A stretch of 59,822 nt of DNA from an uncultured Pseudomonadota bacterium (GTDB taxonomy: Bacteria; Babelota; Babeliae; Babelales; CAIQNR01), in assembly GCA_964606885.1 (NCBI GenBank), contig CAZSHB010000005.1, forward strand, positions 1-59,822. The letters run 5' to 3'. Shown one piece after another: positions 36,653-46,847 of this stretch. The notes below the pieces were generated by a model. That model searched no databases. It was not told where the DNA came from and saw nothing but the letters and a program-made list of their open reading frames with translations. Position numbers and translations under genes: made by a program. Numbering within the stretch: position 1 is the first letter of the stretch; every line of letters starts with the position of its first letter.

Positions 36653-37000
36653 TTACCAAACGCGTTCAACGACTGTAACTGGCATATACACCGTACGTTC
36701 AACATAACGCGGAAACAGCTCTGGATGTGTGATCATAAATACCATTGCCGCAACATAACAACATGCTAATGCCGTTACCGCTATACCTTCTGCAATCTTT
36801 TCGCCCGTTGATTTTTTACGTATTTCAAACACTGGTCGTGTAGATACCGTACTGCTAACACATGGTGTAGATGTTTCTGTTACCGTAACCGTAGTAACTG
36901 GTTGTTGATAACGTGGTTGATACGTATGCGTATACCCATAGCCTGCAAAAGCTGCCGAACAACTTGCAAACAAAGCAACTAACAAAAACTTTTTAAACAC
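36653..37000 (-). CDS. Small hypothetical secreted/membrane protein
   Basis: 115 aa. GTG start with an AGGGG RBS. Signal MFKKFLLVALFASCSAAFA. One C-terminal TM segment (GIAVTALACCYVAAMVFMI). Confidence 0.55.
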   Translation of the reverse strand: MFKKFLLVALFASCSAAFAGYGYTHTYQPRYQQPVTTVTVTETSTPCVSSTVSTRPVFEIRKKSTGEKIAEGIAVTALACCYVAAMVFMITHPELFPRYVERTVYMPVTVVERVW

Positions 37001-37188
37001 TGAAAAACCCCTAACCCAACAATTAATAATAGCTCTAGAATAACCTTAACGCAGGCTAAACACAACGGGCACCAGGGGGTTATAGACAAATAGAATTTTC
37101 AAATAAGCTTGTTTTTATAGATCTTAAAAATAAGCCAAGAATATGACCAAGAAACTTGCGATACTACTCTCCTTTTTTAAGAGGTTAC

Positions 37189-37722
37189 TTACGCAAGTAA
37201 TTCTGCAATTTCTGCTTTAAGAACAAGAATTTTGCTTACTTGAGCTCTTTGTGCTTCAAGCGTTGCTGGTTGTTGTTTTTGTAAAGCAACAAGTTCCGCC
37301 ATCTTTGCACGTGCTTCTTTTTTAACAAACAACACATATGCGCTGATAACTGCAAGCTTTTGACCAACCCATGTATCAGTTGCTAAAGGAGCTTCTACAA
37401 GAGCAGTGCGAGCCAATTGGCCAATCCACTTGGTTGAAGTCATAGCATCACCAATAGTAAATTCTGTCTTCCACTTTGCTACACCTTTGCCAGTGACATC
37501 TGAAGCAAAAGCATATTCATACTTTACGCCACACTTAAGAGGATCAAGCGCTAACACACCAATGAAAGGTGTTTGTCCAAGAGGGAATTCAACACATGTT
37601 TTAATCTTTTGAATATCTTTAAAAGTAACTTGAGAAGATGCATCTTCTTTGTGTGCACTAACAGTAGGCACAAGCAACAAAGAAAGACTTAAAAACGCTA
37701 TCTTTGTAATGTTTTTGTTCAC
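37189..37722 (-). CDS. Hypothetical secreted protein
   Basis: 177 aa. GTG start. Signal MNKNITKIAFLSLSLLLVPTVSA. C-terminal coiled-coil-like segment. Confidence 0.6.
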   Translation of the reverse strand: MNKNITKIAFLSLSLLLVPTVSAHKEDASSQVTFKDIQKIKTCVEFPLGQTPFIGVLALDPLKCGVKYEYAFASDVTGKGVAKWKTEFTIGDAMTSTKWIGQLARTALVEAPLATDTWVGQKLAVISAYVLFVKKEARAKMAELVALQKQQPATLEAQRAQVSKILVLKAEIAELLA

Positions 37723-37941
37723 GATAAGACCTTACAGTAAAGGGATAATAAGAACGAATAACTCTATACCGATGGTCTTTTTTGTCAAAAAATCCACTCC
37801 AAAGCAAGCTATGCCAGCCGCTTTTACACAAACTATAAAGTGTACAAAAAAGAACAGTTCCGTTCGTATAAGAACAATACTTGTGTTTCAAAGTGAGGTT
37901 ATTTAAGATCAGACGACCAACTATTAAAAGTAAGGAGAGAA

Positions 37942-39360
37942 ATGAAAAAATACCTGATTGCGGGACTGACCCTGCTCTGTTCACTGAACGCTAACGAAAA
38001 TCAGATATTAGGTAAAAAAATCTACTACGCCAAAAGTTTTTTGTTCACTCGGCCCGCCTATCAAGAACTCGCTCTCCATCAGGCCCTCTGGCACAATCCG
38101 CTTCTTGATATCACCAGAAAAGGCGCTATTAACCTTGCACCTGTGTATCAAAAAAGTACTAACCCTGGCAAAATCAAAACCTTCTTTTTACCACCTGATA
38201 CTCCTGAACTGTTGGTATCTACTAACGCTCTTGATCGCAATATGCTGCCTGAATGGTTAGGCTTACCGTCAAACTTTACCGGTAACTTTACCTTTGCACC
38301 AAAACAACAAGAAGCCGGATTCTTAATGGAATTTAGATACATGATTGGTGATTTTCTTAACATTCCCTTTTTACAAAACTCATGGGTTGACGTACAGGTA
38401 CCAGTTACTGAAGTACGCAATAACATGAACCTAACTCAATGGAATATAGAAAACGCTCCCGCATCTACCACACCGGTACATGATATTGTATCCGCGTTTA
38501 ATAACCCAACATGGCACTACAACAAAATAAATGGTGCACAAAAAAAACTTGGCATTTCTGAACTACGTCTTGCTATCGGTACCACCTTTCTTTCAACAGA
38601 ACGGGGTTATGTGGCAACCTACTCAGCACTCTCTATACCAACAACTAAACCGTTTGATGGTCGTTATCAGTTTGCACCACAAATTGGATACAACGGACAT
38701 GTTGGAATTATCTGGGGTATCTTGATGGAATGCCCACTGACACGCCCTGGATGCAATCAAAAGCTAAGTTTCCAAGTAAGTTTAGAAAACAACTGGTTGA
38801 TCCGTAACCATCAATACCGAACGATTGATATTCAAGACAAACCATGGAGCCGCTACTTACTCTTTAGAAAACAGTACGAAGCTGCAGATGTTACCTACCC
38901 TGGCGTTAACGTCTTAACACAAAAAGTACGCGTCTCTCCGCACAGTGTTATTGAATTTGCAGTTGGATTCCGAGGAACTATGCAAAACGGCCTACAAGGC
39001 GAATTTGGCTACAACCTCTGGGGCTTTGGTGGCGACTCATTACGCCTGACTTCTTCGTGGACTGGTGAATATGGTATCGCAGGTACAACTGCAAACACCA
39101 CCGCACACAACAGCACACTCCGTTACCGCGCTCCTAACGATGCAGTCTTTAGACCAGTTACTATAACCGAACTTGATATCAACACTGCAGTTATGCCATC
39201 TGCCGTTATTCATCGTATCTATGCTTCACTTGGTATCATTAAAAAAGGTACTAAACTAGATGGTATTTTTGGTGTTGGCGGTGCCATTGATATTCCACAA
39301 AACACAACCAAATCTCTTTCAACATGGAACTTATGGTTTACCGTTGCAGGTGGGTTCTAA
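37942..39360 (+). CDS. Probable outer-membrane beta-barrel protein (porin candidate)
   Basis: 472 aa. AAGGAGAG RBS. Signal MKKYLIAGLTLLCSLNA. Alternating hydrophobic/polar strands rich in aromatic residues. C-terminus ...NLWFTVAGGF (terminal Phe typical of BamA substrates). Confidence 0.6.
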   Translation: MKKYLIAGLTLLCSLNANENQILGKKIYYAKSFLFTRPAYQELALHQALWHNPLLDITRKGAINLAPVYQKSTNPGKIKTFFLPPDTPELLVSTNALDRNMLPEWLGLPSNFTGNFTFAPKQQEAGFLMEFRYMIGDFLNIPFLQNSWVDVQVPVTEVRNNMNLTQWNIENAPASTTPVHDIVSAFNNPTWHYNKINGAQKKLGISELRLAIGTTFLSTERGYVATYSALSIPTTKPFDGRYQFAPQIGYNGHVGIIWGILMECPLTRPGCNQKLSFQVSLENNWLIRNHQYRTIDIQDKPWSRYLLFRKQYEAADVTYPGVNVLTQKVRVSPHSVIEFAVGFRGTMQNGLQGEFGYNLWGFGGDSLRLTSSWTGEYGIAGTTANTTAHNSTLRYRAPNDAVFRPVTITELDINTAVMPSAVIHRIYASLGIIKKGTKLDGIFGVGGAIDIPQNTTKSLSTWNLWFTVAGGF

Positions 39361-39362
39361 CT

Positions 39363-40247
39363 ATGCAGCCAACTGTTCGCACAATCATTCAAGAACTCAT
39401 TATCACCTTAAGTGATTACTACCAAACAGAAACGCATGCAACGCATGTTGCCTGGTGGTTGGTTGAAGCGGTCACCAAACAAAATCGCTTACAGATTCTT
39501 ACTAATCCCGCAAAAACACTTACTGCCGAACAGACCAATCAACTGCACACCTGGATCATCAAACACACGCAGGAGAATTTTCCGCTACAATATCTGATTG
39601 GATCAGTACCATTTGGACCGCTTGATATCTTAGTGCGCCCGCCAACACTCATTCCACGGCCAGAAACAGAAGGTTGGTGCGCTGCGCTGATTAACGATTT
39701 ACAACGATGTGGTAACAAGCCACTCACTATTCTTGATATGTGCAGCGGTTCTGGGTGCATCGGTCTTTGGCTTGCTCATGCGTTTCCACAGAGCAAAGTA
39801 GTAAGCATCGATATTGCAGACCAAGCATTAGCGTTGGCAGAAGAAAATGCACGTCATAACAACATCACCAATATTACGTTTTTACGATCCAATCTATTTG
39901 CTGTTCTTGACCCCCAAAATCAGTTCGATTTAATTGTTAGCAACCCTCCGTATATCACCCCAGAAGCGTGGATTAACCTCTCGCCTACGGTAAAAAACTG
40001 GGAAGATCGGGGAGCGTTAGTAGCACAATACCAAGGCCTTGAAATCATTCATAATTTGATCCAACAAGCCCCTTTTTATCTAAAAAACCAAGGTCCTCTT
40101 ACCCAAGAAGGTATAGCCCGATTAGTTATAGAAATTGGATACGACCAGGGCCCTGCGGTGGCAGAGTTGTGTAAAAACCGTGGTTTTGGTAAAGTAGAAG
40201 TTCTGATAGACCATGCTAACCGCGACCGAGTAGTCTGCAGTTGGTAA
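39363..40247 (+). CDS. prmC: Release-factor glutamine N5-methyltransferase (PrmC/HemK)
   Basis: NPPY motif (LIVSNPPYI). SAM-binding ILDMCSGSGCIG. PLQYLIG..PF. RP.TE. ATG 39363 lies 2 nt after the upstream stop. Confidence 0.9.
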   Translation: MQPTVRTIIQELIITLSDYYQTETHATHVAWWLVEAVTKQNRLQILTNPAKTLTAEQTNQLHTWIIKHTQENFPLQYLIGSVPFGPLDILVRPPTLIPRPETEGWCAALINDLQRCGNKPLTILDMCSGSGCIGLWLAHAFPQSKVVSIDIADQALALAEENARHNNITNITFLRSNLFAVLDPQNQFDLIVSNPPYITPEAWINLSPTVKNWEDRGALVAQYQGLEIIHNLIQQAPFYLKNQGPLTQEGIARLVIEIGYDQGPAVAELCKNRGFGKVEVLIDHANRDRVVCSW

Positions 40248-40276
40248 CCTTTCAACCCTTTACTATTAAATGAACT

Positions 40277-40558
40277 ATGAAAAAACTAATGTTCTCTTTT
40301 TGTGTAGTAACCATTTTGTACATCACCCATCATACAGCAAGTAATGCATCTTCTAGCAAAAGTACCACTACCAGTTGGCGTACACTTACAGAACTTACCA
40401 ATACACAGGGTGCAACTAAAACAACACCTCCAAAAGCTTTTAGAATTGACAATATCGTGCCTGGCACCAATGAAAAAAGTCTTTTTGTAGGTAGTAGCGC
40501 AGCTCGTGCAAAACAAGAACATGGGACATTTGCCAATACAACACAGCATGGTAATTAA
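40277..40558 (+). CDS. Small hypothetical secreted protein
   Basis: 93 aa. Signal-like MKKLMFSFCVVTILYITHHTASNA. Ser/Thr-rich. Overlaps the mutL start by 11 nt. Confidence 0.45.
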   Translation: MKKLMFSFCVVTILYITHHTASNASSSKSTTTSWRTLTELTNTQGATKTTPPKAFRIDNIVPGTNEKSLFVGSSAARAKQEHGTFANTTQHGN

Positions 40559-42389
40559 AAAATTAGCACCACACGAAGCACAAAAAATAGCCGCTGGTGA
40601 AGTTGTAGAACGACCCGCAAACATCATCAAAGAGCTGGTAGAAAACAGTATCGATGCAGGCGCAACACACATTACCATTTCCGTACAAGAAGGTGGCAAA
40701 ACAGGCATAACCATAACTGACAACGGGTCAGGCATGGACCGTGACGATGCTCTTATCTGTTTTGAACGACACACCACCAGTAAAATTACCGCGTTTGACG
40801 ATCTGCATACCCTCACCACGTTTGGCTTTAGAGGCGAAGCGCTTGCCAGTATCTGCTCAGTCAGTAAAACAACGATCACTACCAAAACAACAACTGCACC
40901 ACATGCACTGCAACTCCATATCCATGCAGGCACACTCGTTAAAGAACAACCAACAGCGCATGCAACAGGCACTACTATTGCTATCACCGATCTTTTTTAT
41001 AATGTCCCTGCACGTAAAAAATTCTTAAAAACATCGGCTACTGAATGGAACCAGACAAGCACACTGTTTAAAGCATTTTGCGTTGCCTACCCAGCAATTC
41101 ATTTTATCTTAGAACACAACAATCAAACGTTATACAACTGCCCTGGTGTGACGAATTTGCTTGACCGTACCGCACAAATGGTAGAACCGTACGTCACTAA
41201 ACATCTTTGTAACTTAGTTCCACAGACAGATAAACATGCCACCATTACAGGCGTTATTACTGCGCCACAGTACCATCGATACGATAGACAAAGTATCTAT
41301 CTCTTAGTGAATAATCGATGGGTTAAAAATTATGAACTTAGTAAAGCAGTTCTTAAAGGGTACGCCAACGTATTACAGCCAAACACCTATCCATACGCTG
41401 TAATCAACATTACTATCGATCCATTACTCGTTGATATTAATGTGCACCCTAAAAAAGAAGAAGTGGTTTTTTTACATCCACGGATCATAGAACAACAAGT
41501 AACAGCTGCCGTTAAAGCTACGCTTGAACAACAACTTTCACACCAACTTCAGCGCCCTGTTACCCTTGCACAACCAACAAACAACAACCATCAATCGCAC
41601 CGTGCACTTTGGGCTCCCCATCAACCATTTGCTCAAACCTTAGAACAGTTACCGCCCGTATTTTTTAAACAACCGCTCCACACAGATCCAGTTATACCAG
41701 AACAAATACACAGTAACGCCAACGCACAGCATGCTACACCAAATATAGAGCAACTACCGCCCGCATTTACCGAAACGCAAGACAGTTATTTACCAGTAGA
41801 AGAACAATCTCCGTATACGCTGATTGGGCAATTTAATACTACCTATATCTTGGTTGAACACGCTGATGGCCTTATGTTAATTGATCAACATGCTGCACAC
41901 GAACGTATTTTGTATGAACAGTATCGCCAACAATTTGAACACCCAGAAACAATTCATTTACTCTTCCCACTAACCGTTACACTCAGCACCGACGATCGCC
42001 AGCTGTTAGTACCGCATATGGCACTATTAGAAAAACATGGATTTGCTACCGACTTTTTAGGCGACACAACGCTCCTTATTACTGCAACGCCAGTGTTTGC
42101 AAAAACAATTAATATGCAAGAGCTCGTATACGAAATTATTGGATGGATCAAAGAATCGACCGATATTAATCCAGAAGATCTTTTTAAAAAAATGACAGAA
42201 AAATTACGCGCGCAACTTGCCTGTAAAGCAGCTATTAAAGCTGGTGACCCGTTAACACAAGAAAAAATGCAAGAACTGCTTAACACTCTTACACGTACAG
42301 AAAACAGATTCTCATGCCCTCATGGCAGACCAACGCAATGGCTACTCTCTACACGGGATATAGAAAAGAAATTCAAACGAATTACATAA
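40548..42389 (+). CDS. mutL: DNA mismatch repair protein MutL, endonuclease-type
   Basis: GHKL ATPase N-terminus (IAAGEVVERPANIIKELVENSIDAGA, DNGSGM, TFGFRGEAL). C-terminal DQHAAHERILYE (DQHA..E....E endonuclease motif). FSCPHGRP. Confidence 0.95.
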   Translation: MVIKKLAPHEAQKIAAGEVVERPANIIKELVENSIDAGATHITISVQEGGKTGITITDNGSGMDRDDALICFERHTTSKITAFDDLHTLTTFGFRGEALASICSVSKTTITTKTTTAPHALQLHIHAGTLVKEQPTAHATGTTIAITDLFYNVPARKKFLKTSATEWNQTSTLFKAFCVAYPAIHFILEHNNQTLYNCPGVTNLLDRTAQMVEPYVTKHLCNLVPQTDKHATITGVITAPQYHRYDRQSIYLLVNNRWVKNYELSKAVLKGYANVLQPNTYPYAVINITIDPLLVDINVHPKKEEVVFLHPRIIEQQVTAAVKATLEQQLSHQLQRPVTLAQPTNNNHQSHRALWAPHQPFAQTLEQLPPVFFKQPLHTDPVIPEQIHSNANAQHATPNIEQLPPAFTETQDSYLPVEEQSPYTLIGQFNTTYILVEHADGLMLIDQHAAHERILYEQYRQQFEHPETIHLLFPLTVTLSTDDRQLLVPHMALLEKHGFATDFLGDTTLLITATPVFAKTINMQELVYEIIGWIKESTDINPEDLFKKMTEKLRAQLACKAAIKAGDPLTQEKMQELLNTLTRTENRFSCPHGRPTQWLLSTRDIEKKFKRIT

Positions 42390-42413
42390 AAAATTATAGG
42401 ATAAAAACAAAAA

Positions 42414-42441
42414 AGAGCGCTTATTACGGCGCTCTTTTTTT
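42414..42441 (+). terminator. Rho-independent terminator after mutL
   Basis: Stem AGAGCGC (42414-42420) / GCGCTCT (42429-42435), followed by a T7 run. Confidence 0.75.
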
Positions 42442-42461
42442 ATCTTTATTATCTTAATAAA

Positions 42462-43343
42462 CTATTTGCTTGTTAACTGACGGTATACTTTTGAGATCAT
42501 CAAAATAGTCAGTGGCGTAACAATCGTATAAATCGCTACCATATACAAAATACTGTGCATATGAACTGTTGTAATATGGATATCAAATGCTGCTCTAATT
42601 AAACCGAACAGCACGTAAAAGAACACACCCATAACACAGAAGAAACCAAACAAATGCATACGTTGGCCTTGTGTTATAGTTGCACTCATAGAAAGCGCAC
42701 CAAAAACACCAGCATTCTTATCGATAATGCAGTAGCTAAACAGCACATAACGAATTAAATATGCAAATGCACCAGCTACTACTAACGGCATTGCAATAAG
42801 AGCAGTCCATGCGCTTAGATGAGCAACTTTTGCAATAATAATAAAGATCGGCACCATCACAATTGAGCTACCTGTTGCCACAACTAAACTGTATAAACCG
42901 AACAATAACGAGCTACCAATATAGGTAGGCAGATACTGTTTTACACTCAAGAAAGTGTCAAAACTGCTTTTGTTTTTATCAACTAATTGTAGCGCTACTT
43001 TGATCAAACCAAGATGCACAAACATCGCAGCCAACCAAAGAACAACCATAGTTAAAAAAATCAAGAACAACGAACCCTTAGAAGTTGTGTCCATGTAGTG
43101 AGCAATTTTTGTGCTGGTACGATTAATAATGCCCGTTACGTTACTACCATCAGCAGTAATTTCTATCGTTTCTTCTGGCATTTCTTGATACACACCAAGT
43201 GAGCGTGCAAGGTGACGTGGACCAACTAAAGAAGACCAACTTACCACACCACTAATCGCACCTAAGGTCGCTAACAATATAATATGCTTAACATAGAGAG
43301 CAGACGCTCCTGATAAAGCACTATACAACGATATTTTAGACAT
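42462..43343 (-). CDS. Hypothetical polytopic membrane protein
   Basis: ~293 aa with at least six hydrophobic helices. ATG 43343 is preferred because AGGAG lies 6 nt upstream. The ATG at 43349 abuts the RBS. Confidence 0.6.
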   Translation of the reverse strand: MSKISLYSALSGASALYVKHIILLATLGAISGVVSWSSLVGPRHLARSLGVYQEMPEETIEITADGSNVTGIINRTSTKIAHYMDTTSKGSLFLIFLTMVVLWLAAMFVHLGLIKVALQLVDKNKSSFDTFLSVKQYLPTYIGSSLLFGLYSLVVATGSSIVMVPIFIIIAKVAHLSAWTALIAMPLVVAGAFAYLIRYVLFSYCIIDKNAGVFGALSMSATITQGQRMHLFGFFCVMGVFFYVLFGLIRAAFDIHITTVHMHSILYMVAIYTIVTPLTILMISKVYRQLTSK

Positions 43344-43380
43344 ACACATCTCCTTTTTTATGAGTAATACTTAGTAAACT

Positions 43381-43578
43381 TTACGATTTAAAAACATTAA
43401 AGACACGTTGTGCGTATTCAGATAGCCCTGGTTTGCCCATTAAGTGCAATCCATAATGTACTAATAAAATACTCACCACCGCAGACACTACTTTAAAAAA
43501 AGCACGGTCCACGATAAAGATAAATAAAATCGCTCCCAACCCCACCATTATCATGCCTTGCATTTTCTTACTGATCAT
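43381..43578 (-). CDS. Small two-helix membrane protein
   Basis: 65 aa. AGGAG RBS. Two hydrophobic segments (MIMVGLGAILFIFIV, VVSAVVSILLVHYGL). Confidence 0.5.
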   Translation of the reverse strand: MISKKMQGMIMVGLGAILFIFIVDRAFFKVVSAVVSILLVHYGLHLMGKPGLSEYAQRVFNVFKS

Positions 43579-43604
43579 CTATCACTCCTTTACACTTAAA
43601 GTAC

Positions 43605-44450
43605 TCATTCAACTCTTTTTAAAACACTTATGCCACTGACCATATCTTTTACTAATCCTGGCACGGTTAACAAACCCCACAATATAAAACTCCATCTGCT
43701 CATGATATAGGCTACTGATTTTCTTTGCTCTATAGCCTCTATCATATGCAATGCCGCTTCTTGTGGTGTTTGTATCCAACCTATAGCAAGTGAGTGTTTC
43801 GCATCTTGGATAAAACTCCAACGCAGATCTGTAATGAAAATTTCATGGAAGCGTAAGAGACTCATCTTTTTGCGCATGCCACTTAAGTAATTCGCCATAA
43901 ACGCTTTTGATGCTGTATAGGCAGGACAACCAGGATGCCCATTAAGCGCATCTAACGAAGAAACGCCAACCAAATGGCCCGATCCTTTATCTATAAAATA
44001 GTTCAAAGCAACATTAATAAAGGCCGCAGTAATCAAAATATTAATCAAAATTGTTTGCCGAGAGTGATTCCAGGGAATATCGCCATCTTTGAGTAATCCA
44101 TACTGAGAAATTTCTGGCGCAACCGATAATGCAAAAATACAGATATCCATGCCGCCCATAGTTTCTATAAATTGCTGAAACTGCACACGCGCTTGCTCAG
44201 GATCCAAAAAATTAATGGGCGCAACAGTAAGGGCGCCATTTTCTAATGTTTGGAATGCTTCAAGCTGTGCTTTGTTATCGTCAATGAAACCAACTGTGTA
44301 TCCCTTTTGTAAGTACTGCTTGGCAAGTTCGCGGCCAATATCGGTAATACCACCAACAACGATCACTCTTTTTGCAGGACTTTTTGCGCATACCGTATTG
44401 GCAAAACAGCTCAGAATCAAACATACTTTAAGATACCCATACCATTTCAT
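43605..44450 (-). CDS. Short-chain dehydrogenase/reductase (SDR) with a signal-like N-terminus
   Basis: Rossmann motif VIVVGGITDIGRELA. Catalytic YTASK (YxxxK), preceded by VGVSS. GGGGAG RBS. N-terminus MKWYGYLKVCLILSCFANTVCA. Confidence 0.8.
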   Translation of the reverse strand: MKWYGYLKVCLILSCFANTVCAKSPAKRVIVVGGITDIGRELAKQYLQKGYTVGFIDDNKAQLEAFQTLENGALTVAPINFLDPEQARVQFQQFIETMGGMDICIFALSVAPEISQYGLLKDGDIPWNHSRQTILINILITAAFINVALNYFIDKGSGHLVGVSSLDALNGHPGCPAYTASKAFMANYLSGMRKKMSLLRFHEIFITDLRWSFIQDAKHSLAIGWIQTPQEAALHMIEAIEQRKSVAYIMSRWSFILWGLLTVPGLVKDMVSGISVLKRVE

Positions 44451-44564
44451 ACCCTACTCCCCTTTTAACATTAGTAGTCTGGCAAAGACTGTACCAAAAA
44501 GGGGTTATCTACCTCAAGACTTTAGGGAATCTGTCAGAGGCGTAAGCTTAAGCAGCACCTGATT

Positions 44565-45404
44565 TTAAAAATAAAGTTCAGCATAAGATTTTTTTGAAAG
44601 AATTACCGCCATGCGATCACAACAATACATAATAAGTTGTTGTGCAACCGTATATCCTTGAGTATCAATCACATGGAAATCGAAATAGGGTATCGCATTA
44701 AATAACGTTTGCTGTTCATCTTGAAGTTCTGGAAGATGCTTACACGCAAAGTCTACTGGGAACATACCTTGTATATCAGCAACCGTAAGTGCAATAGCCA
44801 TACGCACTATCTGTTCATCAGGATATCCATTGTTATAATCAGCTTGTCGGCAATAGTTAATAAACTTTTCTAAATACACACCAAAAGCAATCCATTGTTG
44901 TTCCGGTTTTTTGAGTATTCTTGTGAGCACAACTCCAAACTCTTGATGCATACCTGCTAACACAATAAGCATTTTTTGATCTTCTACAGAAAGTTCATTT
45001 TCTGTAAACCATGCCTGGAAATCGAGACACTCTTTAGTGGTATCTTTATAAAAAGGTTGCTTACCCAAAAGATACTGAACACCGGTGATAGGATGCGCAG
45101 GCTTAGCCATGTGTATAAACTGACAATCCCCAGCTTTACCAACATCATGTGTAAACGCAACAAACTCCATTAAACGTTCATATTTTTTATCAATACCGGC
45201 AACCCATTTTGAATCGGTGGCAAATAAGCGAGCCATAGCCTTAGTAACCCATACCGTATGCTCCCAAAGATGCCCTGCATGGCCTTCACCAAACTCTTTT
45301 TTATAGAGTTTTAAGCTATCACACAGGCCACCACAATTAAGGTCTCTTGCCTCTACCGTTATCCCTATCATCAAAGAAACTAACAAAAAGTATTTTTTTA
45401 GCAC
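44565..45404 (-). CDS. Secreted HD-domain protein
   Basis: H...HD motif (HLWEHTVWV ... FVAFTHDVGKAGD). GTG 45404 is preferred (GAGGTG RBS, gives MLKKYFLLVSLMIGITVEA). The ORF-track TTG at 45422 is also possible. Confidence 0.6.
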   Translation of the reverse strand: MLKKYFLLVSLMIGITVEARDLNCGGLCDSLKLYKKEFGEGHAGHLWEHTVWVTKAMARLFATDSKWVAGIDKKYERLMEFVAFTHDVGKAGDCQFIHMAKPAHPITGVQYLLGKQPFYKDTTKECLDFQAWFTENELSVEDQKMLIVLAGMHQEFGVVLTRILKKPEQQWIAFGVYLEKFINYCRQADYNNGYPDEQIVRMAIALTVADIQGMFPVDFACKHLPELQDEQQTLFNAIPYFDFHVIDTQGYTVAQQLIMYCCDRMAVILSKKSYAELYF

Positions 45405-45562
45405 AAGAGCACCTCGATACAAATAGAATTATTTAGGCTTATTTTAATTACTTTATTTCAAGCGCCATCAGTATAATAAAACCCCCCTTGAGAGCAAACT
45501 TTTTTTGGGGCATACTTCTAGTAACTACTTATGCTGTATAAGTAATGTTTTTGGGGGTTTTT

Positions 45563-45781
45563 ATGAAAAAATTATTAGTAGTAAGTATGCTTACTTTAAG
45601 CTCAGTTGTAGGTGCACAAGAAACACAAACTCCAGCTTATGATCAATGCCCAGATTTTGGTGGCGCTAACGGTAACGATGCTGAACTTATTTCAGCTACT
45701 GGTTTGCCATTAACTCCAGAAGCATTACGTGCTCTCTATGCAATAGCTCAACAATGTGCAGCACAAAAAGCACAACAATAA
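45563..45781 (+). CDS. Small hypothetical secreted protein
   Basis: 72 aa. GGGGG RBS. Signal MKKLLVVSMLTLSSVVGAQE. Followed by a strong terminator. Confidence 0.55.
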   Translation: MKKLLVVSMLTLSSVVGAQETQTPAYDQCPDFGGANGNDAELISATGLPLTPEALRALYAIAQQCAAQKAQQ

Positions 45782-45810
45782 GTAATACACACCCTTGTAT
45801 ACACATAATA

Positions 45811-45840
45811 AAAGCCCCGGTTTTATTCGGGGCTTTTTCT
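45811..45840 (+). terminator. Rho-independent terminator (shares a 28-nt identical core with 48890-48917)
   Basis: AAAGCCCCGG-TTTTATT-CGGGGCTTTTT. 7-bp GC-rich stem plus T-run. Confidence 0.8.
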
Positions 45841-45895
45841 TAAAAAAGAATATTCTAAAAATAGACATTTCACATTTGTACCAAAAGGCTTTCCC

Positions 45896-46663
45896 ATGAA
45901 CACTACGCCAAAAAACATAACTAAACTGCTCGTATTGCTGACCTTCAGCGCAATAACTGCAGCAAGCGCATATAAAAAATTAACGACAAGTTCAACAAAC
46001 AGTCACAAGCAACAAGCATGGCAAAAAATGGAAGCCGAAGTTGCATCATGGACAGATGCTCTTGGTATGCCTATTGACGAAGGTATAAAAAAGACCATTA
46101 TTGCTCTTAATCTCCTTGGTTTTCCTACAAGACAATCTTGCGAAGGACATATCAATACCGGTGGAGTACACCCTTGGGTAAGCTTTGAAGTACAAGATGA
46201 TGCTCTTGCTAAACTAGATAAAGAATACTTTGATTCCTTAAAATCTATACGTGACCAAGAAGATAAAATCATACAAAAATATTCTGATCTTTCTTTTAAT
46301 GAAGCAATAAACAAAACTCGCATAGAAGATCCAGCAGCCTATCAAGCACTTATAGAAAGTTATAAACACAATAACAAAAGCACTCTGAAAAAAAAGATCG
46401 ATACAGCATGGCTCTTAAAAAAAGTACCACTAAGAAATTTACTTTTAGAATTCTATAAACAACAGCCTATTAATCCAGATGCTATGCTTATTATCGATGA
46501 CAATGGCAAAGGAAATTTTGCTCTTTATAGCGTAGGTGGCGACTGGCAAGAAACACGTACTCCTGAAGAACAAAGAAACCATTTAAAAATGTATCAACAA
46601 GAAATGGCCCGTTTTACAGATTTTTTAACTGATTATTATTTTAATACACCAAGTGCGCCATAA
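45896..46663 (+). CDS. Hypothetical secreted protein
   Basis: 255 aa. Signal/anchor ITKLLVLLTFSAITAASA. No family recognised. Confidence 0.6.
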   Translation: MNTTPKNITKLLVLLTFSAITAASAYKKLTTSSTNSHKQQAWQKMEAEVASWTDALGMPIDEGIKKTIIALNLLGFPTRQSCEGHINTGGVHPWVSFEVQDDALAKLDKEYFDSLKSIRDQEDKIIQKYSDLSFNEAINKTRIEDPAAYQALIESYKHNNKSTLKKKIDTAWLLKKVPLRNLLLEFYKQQPINPDAMLIIDDNGKGNFALYSVGGDWQETRTPEEQRNHLKMYQQEMARFTDFLTDYYFNTPSAP

Positions 46664-46847
46664 GATGTATCAAGAAGAAGCCATAAAAGTTATGTTTAAA
46701 GCTTATAGAGACGTCTTTTTATCTTTCTCTTTATTTCATTGCCCCACTATTGATACCATTTCAAATAGGAAATATATACTAGTAAATTAAGATGAAGATA
46801 TTTTTAGCTTGGTTAACGACAATAATATTTTTAAAGGAAGAAAAGTC

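Noticed and set aside
40286-40987. 233-aa ORF on the minus strand
   Set aside because: It lies entirely antisense to the small ORF and the strongly supported mutL N-terminal ATPase domain. Composition is Cys/Val/Ser-rich with no motifs. Typical shadow ORF.
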